52,089 nt of DNA. Source: an archaeon. GTDB lineage: Archaea > Nanobdellota > Nanobdellia > Pacearchaeales > GW2011-AR1. The notes under the pieces were generated by a model. That model ran no database searches and was not told the origin of the DNA. It saw nothing but the letters and a program-made list of their open reading frames with translations. The first letter of the stretch is position 1. Each line of letters begins with the position of its first letter. Positions 28,646-36,865 of this stretch are shown in pieces. The translations under genes and the position numbers were made by a program. Location: assembly GCA_043797265.1 (NCBI GenBank), contig JAZDPV010000001.1, positions 1 through 52,089 of the forward strand, in the 5' to 3' direction.

Positions 28646-29338
28646 TTAAAATTTCTCTCCTCTAATAATAGTCCCAACAAACTTCTTCCCACGCAAAATC
28701 CCATCAATCGCTTTCAACGACCCGACGATATAAGTTACAATCTTCTCGTCCCGAATTACCCTCGCCGCCGATTGGTCCAAAACAAAATGCTGCCCCGCTT
28801 CAAACTTAATTTTCCTAAACATCCCATAAAAATCATCCCAGCTAATCCTCGAAATAAATCGCGCTCCCTTGTTCGTCTTCGGATTCGCGCTATAAAGCCC
28901 CCGAACATTCGTCAAGTTAATAAACGAACATCCCAAATATCCAGCCAACTTCGCCGCAGTCCCGTCGCTGGTATTTTTCCTGTAATATCTCAACGCCCCG
29001 CAAAACACAACCCGATTTTTTCTCAACAAATTCTTAACCCTTTTCATGTTCAACGGCACATCCTCATTAGCGACCTTCCCAAAAATTCTCGCCATAAACC
29101 CGGCATGCAATCTTGTCACCACAATCCCCTCCATCGACCGCGCTTTCATCCCCTTCTTTAACTTTTTCAACGCTCCCATATACCTCCGCGCCGTCGACCC
29201 CCCACCAGTCACGACGACAAACCTCTTGTCTCCATGCGAATCCAGCAATCGCTTAAACCTAACCAAAAATTTATCATCGACATCATCCGGCACAATCCTC
29301 GACCCACCCAGCGAAATCACCCAAACTTTTTCCATCAT
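28646..29338 (-). CDS. pyrH: UMP kinase
   Basis: VISLGGS, VVTGGGSTAR, TSDGTAA, NLTNVRGLY, AGQHFVLD. Confidence 0.93.
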   Translation of the reverse strand: MMEKVWVISLGGSRIVPDDVDDKFLVRFKRLLDSHGDKRFVVVTGGGSTARRYMGALKKLKKGMKARSMEGIVVTRLHAGFMARIFGKVANEDVPLNMKRVKNLLRKNRVVFCGALRYYRKNTSDGTAAKLAGYLGCSFINLTNVRGLYSANPKTNKGARFISRISWDDFYGMFRKIKFEAGQHFVLDQSAARVIRDEKIVTYIVGSLKAIDGILRGKKFVGTIIRGEKF

Positions 29339-29412
29339 CTAAAACAACAACACAACTTTATATATATTATGAAAACAGAAAAAACTATTAACAACAAAAA
29401 CCTCAAACAAAC

Positions 29413-29721
29413 ATGGAAAGAAATCCCATAACAGAATCTCTCGCTAAAAATTTTCGTGAATATTTACAAGACCCATCGCTTAACGGAGGTTACAAAGCCG
29501 AAATCCCCTCGCCAAATCTAATAACATACAACGTCGCCAACCTTCATTTCGAAGTAGAATTCGTAGAAAAATACCAATGTAAATTAAGAATAACAAATGG
29601 TTCAAAGATAGAAGAACAAGTAAGCATCCCATACAACGAATTTTCCAAAACTCCAGATTGGCAAATTTTTCTCGAAGGAATATTCGCACTCACAAGACAA
29701 AGATTACTTCACCGTGAATAA
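29413..29721 (+). CDS. Hypothetical protein
   Basis: 102-aa ORF filling the gap between minus-strand genes. Confidence 0.6.
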   Translation: MERNPITESLAKNFREYLQDPSLNGGYKAEIPSPNLITYNVANLHFEVEFVEKYQCKLRITNGSKIEEQVSIPYNEFSKTPDWQIFLEGIFALTRQRLLHRE

Positions 29722-29985
29722 CTCGTCGTCATTCACATCAAAAATTCCCAGTCGAACTCCGGCGTCCAACCACCCATGCGCGTAACTCAAAGCCGCGAAA
29801 GCATTCACCCAATCACCCTTTCTTTCAAAATGTCGCGCGTCAGAAACATAATTCCCAACCATCCCGATAATCTCATCCGCCTCGCTCCCTTTCCCGTCGA
29901 CAACATTCTTCTTCGCTTCAGCCAGCCCCCGCCCGGTCAAATCAAAATACCTGTCCAACTTTTCTCTCGAAATTTCATTCCCCAT
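29704..29985 (-). CDS. DUF357-family protein
   Basis: YVSDARHF...GDWVNAFAALSYAHGWLDAG. Confidence 0.92.
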   Translation of the reverse strand: MGNEISREKLDRYFDLTGRGLAEAKKNVVDGKGSEADEIIGMVGNYVSDARHFERKGDWVNAFAALSYAHGWLDAGVRLGIFDVNDDELFTVK

Positions 29986-30009
29986 AAAATAAAAATCAAA
30001 TCAACCCTT

Positions 30010-30666
30010 TTAAAATTTCCCTTCCAACATGGCATAAGCATTCTGCTTCTTAATCACGAACCGCGAACCAATAATATCAGAAACAACAGCGCTAATAAAA
30101 AAATTATCAATAGCCGCACGAAACACGCCCTCCAAAATCGGAATATGAACAGAATCAGAAACTTTATCTAAAACATTCTTTATCTCGTCAGCACTCAACA
30201 CAATTCTCGTCAACTGCTTCTGTCCCGCTCGAATAACAATCAACGGCTTCCCGGCGCCATGACACTCAATAGTCGAAACCGAAACGTCATTAAGCAGCAA
30301 CGTAATCTTCCCATAATCCTGGCTCAACCCAACATTGCCCATAATTCTCGGCGGAACCATAATAAAATTTCCTTCTCCAACCTCCCCCAACTTCTCCCTG
30401 CCTTGCGTCACTTTCCCACCAGGTGGCACACGCATCACTTTTCGAATCGGAACACGCGGCGGAACAACAGGAATTTTAGGCAAAACCTTAGGAGTTTCCA
30501 TCGACGCCATCATAACTTTTTCTGAAAACTTCGGCACCAAATCCGCATGAACAACAAATTTCTCATCGTGAACTAAACCATTGGCCCTAATATTCTGCAA
30601 AATCGCCAGAACAAATCTCCGGACAAAAGGATGCTCAGCCACCAAAGAAATCTGCTCAGAGCTCAT
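30010..30666 (-). CDS. Hypothetical protein; C-terminus resembles the N-terminal domain of type II/IV secretion ATPases
   Basis: YGKITLLLNDVSVSTIECHGAGKPLIV; no Walker motifs. Confidence 0.7.
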   Translation of the reverse strand: MSSEQISLVAEHPFVRRFVLAILQNIRANGLVHDEKFVVHADLVPKFSEKVMMASMETPKVLPKIPVVPPRVPIRKVMRVPPGGKVTQGREKLGEVGEGNFIMVPPRIMGNVGLSQDYGKITLLLNDVSVSTIECHGAGKPLIVIRAGQKQLTRIVLSADEIKNVLDKVSDSVHIPILEGVFRAAIDNFFISAVVSDIIGSRFVIKKQNAYAMLEGKF

Positions 30667-31082
30667 ATACTCGGCAACGGCTTGGGTCTCGCCATCACAC
30701 CCGAAACCTGACTCCTAAAACCTGAATTCTCAGAAGATTCCATCTCTTGTCTTCCGCGTAACTTCCCCTCCATCAAAACCAATCCCTTCGCAATCGTTTT
30801 GTTCTGCTCCAGCAACGAATCAATTTTCTTCAACATATCCTTGTCATCAACTCGCCCCCCCGATACAAACCCCTTCGCCGCCTCCTCAAAAACATTCAAC
30901 AGCCTCGTAATATTATCAGACAACGCCCCAAACTTAATCGACAAATTCGTCATCGCATGTTGCAACCCCACAAAATTCTCAACCAACAATTCCTCTCTTT
31001 CTTTCGCTGTCATTTTATTCACAGAACTTTTTCTAACTTTCACATCCCCAGAATCCTCTTCCTCTACCACCTTCTTCACCAT
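30663..31082 (-). CDS. Hypothetical coiled-coil protein
   Basis: LVENFVGLQ...LLEQNKTIAKGL; coupled to downstream gene. Confidence 0.8.
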   Translation of the reverse strand: MVKKVVEEEDSGDVKVRKSSVNKMTAKEREELLVENFVGLQHAMTNLSIKFGALSDNITRLLNVFEEAAKGFVSGGRVDDKDMLKKIDSLLEQNKTIAKGLVLMEGKLRGRQEMESSENSGFRSQVSGVMARPKPLPSI

Positions 31083-31157
31083 ATCAAAATTAAGAAGACC
31101 TTATTTATAAAAGTATTGGGAAGAGGATAATAAATATAAATTTATTATAAATTTATA

Positions 31158-31228
31158 TGGGCGCAGGAGGAATCAAACCCCCGCCTCCCGGGCTGGAGCC
31201 GAGCAGACTATCATTATCCGATGCACCC
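31158..31228 (-). tRNA. tRNA-Trp(CCA)
   Basis: Acceptor GGGTGCA/TGCGCCC; anticodon arm CTCGG-CTCCAGC-CCGGG; atypical A19 and T56. Confidence 0.8.
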
Positions 31229-31268
31229 AATATAAAAATAAAGATAACACATCTTTTAAATTTAATCA

Positions 31269-31398
31269 TGGGCCGCAGGAGGTGAGCAATTCGCTTTTGA
31301 AAAATAATTTTCGTAATATTTTTTCAAATGCAAATTGCGAATTAGAACCCCCGCCTCCCGGGCTGGAGCCGAGCAGACTATCATTATCCGATGCACCC
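31269..31398 (-). pseudogene. Second tRNA-Trp copy interrupted in the T loop by a ~60-bp hairpin
   Basis: Identical to 31158-31228 through the 5' T-stem, then insert, then CCTCCTGCGGCCCA (one extra G). Confidence 0.75.
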
Positions 31399-31501
31399 AA
31401 TACAAAAATAGAGATAATACAATTTTTAAATTTAATCCCAACAAACAAACGCAGACAAACCGCGCAACATCCCACTTCCAGCGACGACAAAGTTGGCGCG
31501 G

Positions 31502-31544
31502 ACTTCCAGCAAAGCGGACTACCCACTTCCAGCAAAGCGGACTA
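31502..31544. repeat. Direct repeat ACTTCCAGCAAAGCGGACTA x2 (23-bp period)
   Basis: Seen directly; spans the stop of the PIN-like gene; partial third copy near 31471. Confidence 0.8.
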
Positions 31545-32202
31545 TCTCATCTATTTCATTAGATGAGATAGCGCACCCTTTAAACTTAACACCATACAAC
31601 AACGCATCCAACAAATCCTTGCTTTTCCCGAAGGAAACCAACCCCTTTTTCCACGCAATATACACCAACTCCGCCGACCGAATAAATTTAACATTCTTCA
31701 AATTATCCAACAACTTCAAATTCGCATCCAACGGCATGTGCAACTTTCGCTCCATCATTCTCTCCAAATCTCCCGGCGCTTCAACCAGCATCCTCGTCGT
31801 CCTTTCATCAATCACAACCACGTTCTCATCTCCGCACAAATTCGCAAACGCCAAACATTCCGCCTCGCCATCATGTACAATTTTTATCTTTTCTCCCGTC
31901 GCTGTCACCCGCAAAATCCCATTCACAATTTTCAAAATCCGCTTCGTCTCCCTATTCAATTTTTGTGGTGCAACAAAATCCGTCGCCATCTTAAAAATCC
32001 CGCGAGAAATCAAATCCTCAACCTGAATCGCTTCCAGTTTAAACTTTTTAATTCCCATCGGCTTATCAATCACTTCCCCTTTAATCCTCGGCGTCAAAAT
32101 AAATTCTCCGCCAAAAATCAACTTCAACTTCTCAATCACTGGCAACATCCCATTCATAGTAAGAGAAATTATCGGCCCGGCATCGAAGATTAAATATTTC
32201 AT
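31519..32202 (-). CDS. PIN-like protein (DUF3368-like)
   Basis: LIFDAGPIISL, DGEAECLA, VVIDERTTR; ATG at 32202. Confidence 0.75.
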   Translation of the reverse strand: MKYLIFDAGPIISLTMNGMLPVIEKLKLIFGGEFILTPRIKGEVIDKPMGIKKFKLEAIQVEDLISRGIFKMATDFVAPQKLNRETKRILKIVNGILRVTATGEKIKIVHDGEAECLAFANLCGDENVVVIDERTTRMLVEAPGDLERMMERKLHMPLDANLKLLDNLKNVKFIRSAELVYIAWKKGLVSFGKSKDLLDALLYGVKFKGCAISSNEIDEIVRFAGSG

Positions 32203-32825
32203 TTCTTGTCCTTCAAACATTTATTTAATTCTTCTTTCTTTAAAATCAAATAAGGAAATTTCTGTCTCAACTCATTCGAAAACCCTCGGGCGACAGAAAC
32301 ACACAAAACATCTTTCCCAATTTCACCAACCAAATTCAAAGCCGGAACAAAATCAGCGTCGCCAGAAATTAAAACACAACAATCAACTCCATCTATCGCC
32401 GCCTTAACTACATCAATCGCAATCCAAACATCAATACCCTTTTCCTTCTTCTGATTATCAGCAATATCCAAAAACGCCTCCTCGACAATCGGCTTACAAA
32501 CCTCACACAAATCCCACGCCTCAACCAATTCCTGCCGTCTCTTCTTCAACTCCTTCGTAGATAATTTTTGCAACTTTCTCGTAATTATTTTAATTCCCTG
32601 CTTTTGCAAATACCCCAAAAATACCCTCTGTGTTTTATATATAATTTCATTGTCTTTTCTATCGGGCATCGATGCATACCAACGAATTTCAGAAACATTC
32701 AAATAATATTTTTCAGAAATAAAATCACAAAGTTTCTTTATATCAACCAATCCTGGCTTAATCAAATGCTTAACATTATGATACCAATTATTAGCGTCAA
32801 TAAAGACAATAGTTTTCTTATCCAT
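32199..32825 (-). CDS. NYN-domain (LabA/DUF88) putative ribonuclease
   Basis: VFIDANN, KEKGIDVWIAID, LISGDADFVPA, SNEL; ATG at 32825 after GAGGTG. Confidence 0.93.
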   Translation of the reverse strand: MDKKTIVFIDANNWYHNVKHLIKPGLVDIKKLCDFISEKYYLNVSEIRWYASMPDRKDNEIIYKTQRVFLGYLQKQGIKIITRKLQKLSTKELKKRRQELVEAWDLCEVCKPIVEEAFLDIADNQKKEKGIDVWIAIDVVKAAIDGVDCCVLISGDADFVPALNLVGEIGKDVLCVSVARGFSNELRQKFPYLILKKEELNKCLKDKK

Positions 32826-32922
32826 TAAACACCTCAAGAATATGAAGCCCGGCATGTCCGAAGAGATACCGGGGACTTAAAGTATAATAAAATACACAAC
32901 TTAGTTTATATTTGTTTCGATT

Positions 32923-33041
32923 AGAAATTATCGGCCCAGCGTCGAGAATAAGATACTTCATAAAAAATTCCTCCTGAAATCTGAATTCTGAAATCTGACA
33001 TCTCGCGAAGCGCGTCTCGCATCAAAAATCAAATACTTCAT
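32923..33041 (-). repeat. Two orphan duplicates of the PIN-like gene start (32923-32961 and 33018-33041)
   Basis: MKYLILDAGPIIS and MKYLIFDA versus real MKYLIFDAGPIIS at 32202. Confidence 0.9.
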
Positions 33042-33066
33042 CCAACCACTCCATCCCTATTTTTTA

Positions 33067-33651
33067 TCATCTATTTTCTTTTTCACGACTTGTCGCGAAA
33101 ATCCCCTCCGCAATTTTAATCCTCTCTCGAACCGGCATCGAAACCGAAACTTTCGCGTCGCCAATATGCGACTGCCCAATATATCCAGCCATATCCCACA
33201 AGCTAACCCCCAACAAATCAGCCGTCGCCTCCGACGACAAACCATGCTCATACAACTTGAACGCCTTGTTAATTTCTGCCTTTCTGAAAACATCTTTAAT
33301 ATACTCCCCCAAATCCCCGTCAATCTTATTCAGCGAATTTCTAATCCGCCCCAGATAAACCCGAGCATTCTTAACATTACCCCTCTCCAGCGCCCCAACG
33401 GCCAGCCTCAAATTTTTTATAACAGCGTCGCGAAAACTAACCCAGCCCTCCATCGTCCGATAATTATCCCGCTCCAAAACCTTCCCCAACGAATAAACCA
33501 AAACCGCCACGACAATATTATCCCCATCCTGAAAAATCGCCGCCGCATGAATCGTTTGATTCGAAAGCGACTTCAACTCATCAGCATTATCATCTTCAAA
33601 AAATTTCTTAGTCTCCCGCAAAATCCGCAAAACATTCTCAACCTCTCTCAT
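33067..33651 (-). CDS. Hypothetical protein with C-terminal HTH (UPF0175-like)
   Basis: KLYEHGLSSEATADLLGVSLWD. Confidence 0.75.
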   Translation of the reverse strand: MREVENVLRILRETKKFFEDDNADELKSLSNQTIHAAAIFQDGDNIVVAVLVYSLGKVLERDNYRTMEGWVSFRDAVIKNLRLAVGALERGNVKNARVYLGRIRNSLNKIDGDLGEYIKDVFRKAEINKAFKLYEHGLSSEATADLLGVSLWDMAGYIGQSHIGDAKVSVSMPVRERIKIAEGIFATSREKENR

Positions 33652-33701
33652 GAAATTCTAATAATCCCAAACATTATAAATCTTCTCACATAATCAATAC
33701 A

Positions 33702-34073
33702 ATGAAAATCCTGCTCGACACCAATTTCATCCTGACCTGCGCAAAACAAAAAATCGACATAGACACCTCTCTAAATAAAATCACAACAGAAAAAATAGAA
33801 TACCTCGTCCCCCAAGACGTCCTCAACGAACTCGGCAACCTAAAACAAATCCCAAAACACAAACAAGCCGCAGAATTATCTTTCCAAATTCTCCAAACCC
33901 TAAACCCAAAAATAATACAACTCAAAACCAGAAATCCAAACATCGACATCAAAATAATCAACTACATAATCGACAAGCCAATCATTCTCGCCACCCTCGA
34001 CAAAAACCTAAAATCCCGCATCAAAAACAAAATCCTCACAATAAGGAATAAAAAAAATTTAGAACTCTTATAG
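33702..34073 (+). CDS. PIN-domain protein (Fcf1/Utp24-like)
   Basis: ILLDTNF, VLNEL, LATLDKNL; conserved position upstream of rpo7. Confidence 0.88.
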   Translation: MKILLDTNFILTCAKQKIDIDTSLNKITTEKIEYLVPQDVLNELGNLKQIPKHKQAAELSFQILQTLNPKIIQLKTRNPNIDIKIINYIIDKPIILATLDKNLKSRIKNKILTIRNKKNLELL

Positions 34074-34107
34074 CAAACTTTAAAAATCAAATTTTTCTCT
34101 CTATAAT

Positions 34108-34710
34108 ATGTTCTACGAAGTTTTAGTAACAGACCATGTAAGAGTAGAGCCGAACAAATTCGGAATGAATACTGACGAAGCTGTCCGGGCCCAACTCGAA
34201 GAATCCTACTCCGGTTTCCAAGACAAAGACATCGGCACGGTAGTCGCAGTTCTCGACGTAACCGAAGTAAGGGAGGGAATCATAATCCCCGGCGACGGCG
34301 CCGCCTATTACGAATCAACATTCAAACTAATCGTCTTCAAACCAGAACTCCAAGAAATCGTCTACGGCACAATCGAAGAAATCACAAACTTCGGCGCATT
34401 CATATCTATGGGCCCAATTCGCGGCATGATTCACATCTCACAAACAATGGACGACTTCGTATCATTCTCCGACTCCGGCGTTCTGACCGGCAAAGACGGA
34501 AAAAAAAATTTAGTCCAAGGCGACAAATGCATCGCACGAATCGTCGCCATTTCATATAAAGGCGAAGAACCAAAAATCGGACTAACAATGCGACAACCCG
34601 GTCTCGGAAAACTCGAATGGATAAAAACCGAAAAAGAAAAAGGACAAAAGAAAATAAAACAAGAAACCACAAAAGAAACTAAAATAACTAAAAAAGAAAA
34701 GAAAAAATAA
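34108..34710 (+). CDS. rpoE1: RNA polymerase subunit Rpo7 (E')
   Basis: GIIIPGDGAAYY, FGAFI, GMIHISQ, KIGLTMRQPGLGKLEW. Confidence 0.96.
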   Translation: MFYEVLVTDHVRVEPNKFGMNTDEAVRAQLEESYSGFQDKDIGTVVAVLDVTEVREGIIIPGDGAAYYESTFKLIVFKPELQEIVYGTIEEITNFGAFISMGPIRGMIHISQTMDDFVSFSDSGVLTGKDGKKNLVQGDKCIARIVAISYKGEEPKIGLTMRQPGLGKLEWIKTEKEKGQKKIKQETTKETKITKKEKKK

Positions 34711-34901
34711 TGGCGCAAAAGGAAAAATCATGTCTAAATTGCAGAACAATTTATTTCGGCGACAAATGCCCAAAGTGCGGCGAAGTCCCATCATCTGAAA
34801 CATTCAAGGGCAGAATCCATATCTTCGACGCCAAAAAATCCGAGCTCGCAGAAAACATGAAAATAAACAGCGAAGGCGAATTCGCAATCAAATCAAAATG
34901 A
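34710..34901 (+). CDS. spt4: Transcription elongation factor Spt4 (RpoE'')
   Basis: CLNC...CPKCG, SELAE, GEFAIK; follows rpo7. Confidence 0.93.
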   Translation: MAQKEKSCLNCRTIYFGDKCPKCGEVPSSETFKGRIHIFDAKKSELAENMKINSEGEFAIKSK

Positions 34902-35242
34902 CCGAATTCAAAATAATTAAACAGGAAAAAAACCCATTTTTACAACGGGAAAAAATCACGCTGGAAATCAACAACAAAACAACGCTAAGCGCCGACGAGG
35001 TAAAATCATTAATCAAAAAAGACCCAAATTTAACAGTAGTCAAAAAAATAAACACAAACTTTGGCAGCCAAACATCCATCGCAGAAATAATGGTCTACGA
35101 CAACCAGGAAGCAAAAGAAAGAATTGAAACAATCCCAAAAAAAATTCGCAAAAAAATAAAAGCCGACGAGAAAACAGAAAAAGAAACCAAAAAAAAAAGC
35201 AGAAGCAAAACAAAAAGAAACCGAACAACCCAAAGAAACTAA
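34898..35242 (+). CDS. rps24e: Ribosomal protein eS24 (S24e)
   Basis: NPFLQREKI, KINTNFG, VYD; operon context; tail possibly frameshifted in an A10 run. Confidence 0.85.
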   Translation: MTEFKIIKQEKNPFLQREKITLEINNKTTLSADEVKSLIKKDPNLTVVKKINTNFGSQTSIAEIMVYDNQEAKERIETIPKKIRKKIKADEKTEKETKKKSRSKTKRNRTTQRN

Positions 35243-35263
35243 ACCAGAAGAAAAAACAGAATA

Positions 35264-35497
35264 ATGGTAGTCAAATCAAAAATCAAGGGAAAGAAAAAAC
35301 ACGTCAATAAACCCACATCAGTCAAATACAAAAAATACACAATCGAAGGAAACAAGATAATAAAAAAAGCCCGAAGCTGTCCAAGATGTGGTCCCGGAAT
35401 TTTCCTCTCCGTCGGCAAAGGCAGAAATTACTGCGGCCGATGTCACTTCACCGAATTCGACAAAAAAGAAGTCGAACCAAAACTCGAAACAAAATAA
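35264..35497 (+). CDS. rps27ae: Ribosomal protein eS31 (S27ae)
   Basis: CPRCGPGIFL...RNYCGRCHFTE. Confidence 0.95.
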   Translation: MVVKSKIKGKKKHVNKPTSVKYKKYTIEGNKIIKKARSCPRCGPGIFLSVGKGRNYCGRCHFTEFDKKEVEPKLETK

Positions 35498-35641
35498 TCT
35501 CACTGCCTTAAACACAATTATCTATCTTAGGACTTATATGAGTCATTAAATTATAACTACGCCGATTGTCGAATACCAATAACCGACAATCACAAAATGC
35601 AAAACCTTTTACAAACCCTACCACTTTTTCTTTAGAAAAAG

Positions 35642-35786
35642 TTGAGATGAGAACTTTCCGAAGGAAATTTCGAATTAGGTTACTATCTTAAAGCCGTCCG
35701 CAGGACAACCCTGCAATTCGCAGCTGAGCGTAGCGATGACCGAATTGAGATGAGAACTTTCCGTAGGAAATTTCGAATTAGGTTAT
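35642..35786. repeat. 42-bp direct repeat x2 with internal hairpin
   Basis: TTGAGATGAGAACTTTCCG(A/T)AGGAAATTTCGAATTAGGTTA at ~35642 and ~35745. Confidence 0.85.
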
Positions 35787-36043
35787 AATTTTACGAAGTA
35801 AAATTATAACCCTAGGAGATGCGATAAAGCGATTAAATAGTTGCCCTACCGCTCTCTCCTGGGGAAAAAGAGGTGATACTATAACTAATTAGTAATACTT
35901 TTTAAACCTTTCGTCTGTAGTAATTTGTAAGTGACACACACAAATAACAGCACCAAAAACACAACAAACAAATCCGCGTAATCCATAAACCATTCTTAAT
36001 CCCACAAACAAATATATATTAACACATCCATCCAATAATACAA

Positions 36044-36850
36044 ATGAAAACCGACGACAAAATAAATCAAAACCAATTCTTCGACCTCATAACCGGCGAA
36101 GAACTTAGTTGGCAGGCAATAATCTACGACCTCATCAAGACAGAACAACTCGACCCTTGGGACATCGACCTCGCCATCCTCGCCGACAAATATGTCCAGA
36201 TAATCCAGCAACTCGAAGACGCCGACTTCTTCATCTCTTCAAAAGTTTTATTGGCCTGCTCACTCCTCCTCCGCCTCAAATCCGAAATTCTAATCAACTC
36301 CTACATCCATGACCTCAACGACGCACTCTACGGACGACGCGACGAAAAAAAATATGAACTCGAAAGAATTGAAATCAACGAAGACGAACTCCCAATTCTA
36401 ATTCCAAAAACCCCGATGGCGCGTCATAGAAAAGTCACACTCAAAGAATTAATGGCCGCACTCAATCAGGCAATCGACACCGAAAACCGCCGAATCAAAA
36501 GAGAAATAAAAGGAATCCAGGCAAAAAAATCCGCGTTAGACGTCATGCCAAAAAATTCCTTCGTCCCGTTAAAAATCAGAATCAAAACAATTTTCAACAT
36601 CATAAAAAATCACATCAACGACGGCAACGACCACATGAAATTCTCACACCTCGCCCCAGACAAAGAAGAAAAACTCGCGTCCTTCGTCCCAATCCTCCAC
36701 CTTTCCAACGACGGTAAAATTTTCCTCAGACAACAAACCCACTTCGAAGAAATCCACATGACATTCCAACCCCACCTCGACGAGCACAAAGAATTAATAG
36801 AAGAGCTGGGGCTTAGTGACGACATTCAAGAACAAATAAAACGAGAATAA
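36044..36850 (+). CDS. scpA: Segregation/condensation protein A (kleisin)
   Basis: LDPWDIDL, LLRLKSE, RKVTLKELMAAL, FVPILHL...LRQQTHFEEI. Confidence 0.92.
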   Translation: MKTDDKINQNQFFDLITGEELSWQAIIYDLIKTEQLDPWDIDLAILADKYVQIIQQLEDADFFISSKVLLACSLLLRLKSEILINSYIHDLNDALYGRRDEKKYELERIEINEDELPILIPKTPMARHRKVTLKELMAALNQAIDTENRRIKREIKGIQAKKSALDVMPKNSFVPLKIRIKTIFNIIKNHINDGNDHMKFSHLAPDKEEKLASFVPILHLSNDGKIFLRQQTHFEEIHMTFQPHLDEHKELIEELGLSDDIQEQIKRE

Positions 36851-36865
36851 TTTTACAGATAAAAA

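Noticed and set aside
31283-31344. T-loop insert as a non-canonical BHB tRNA intron
   Set aside because: No 4-bp central helix with 3-nt bulges can be drawn, the acceptor has an extra G, and the same element occurs outside a tRNA near 18153
35642-35786. Possible CRISPR array or RNase P RNA
   Set aside because: Only two repeats with a ~61-bp spacer and no cas genes; RNase P conserved regions CR-I and CR-V were not both found
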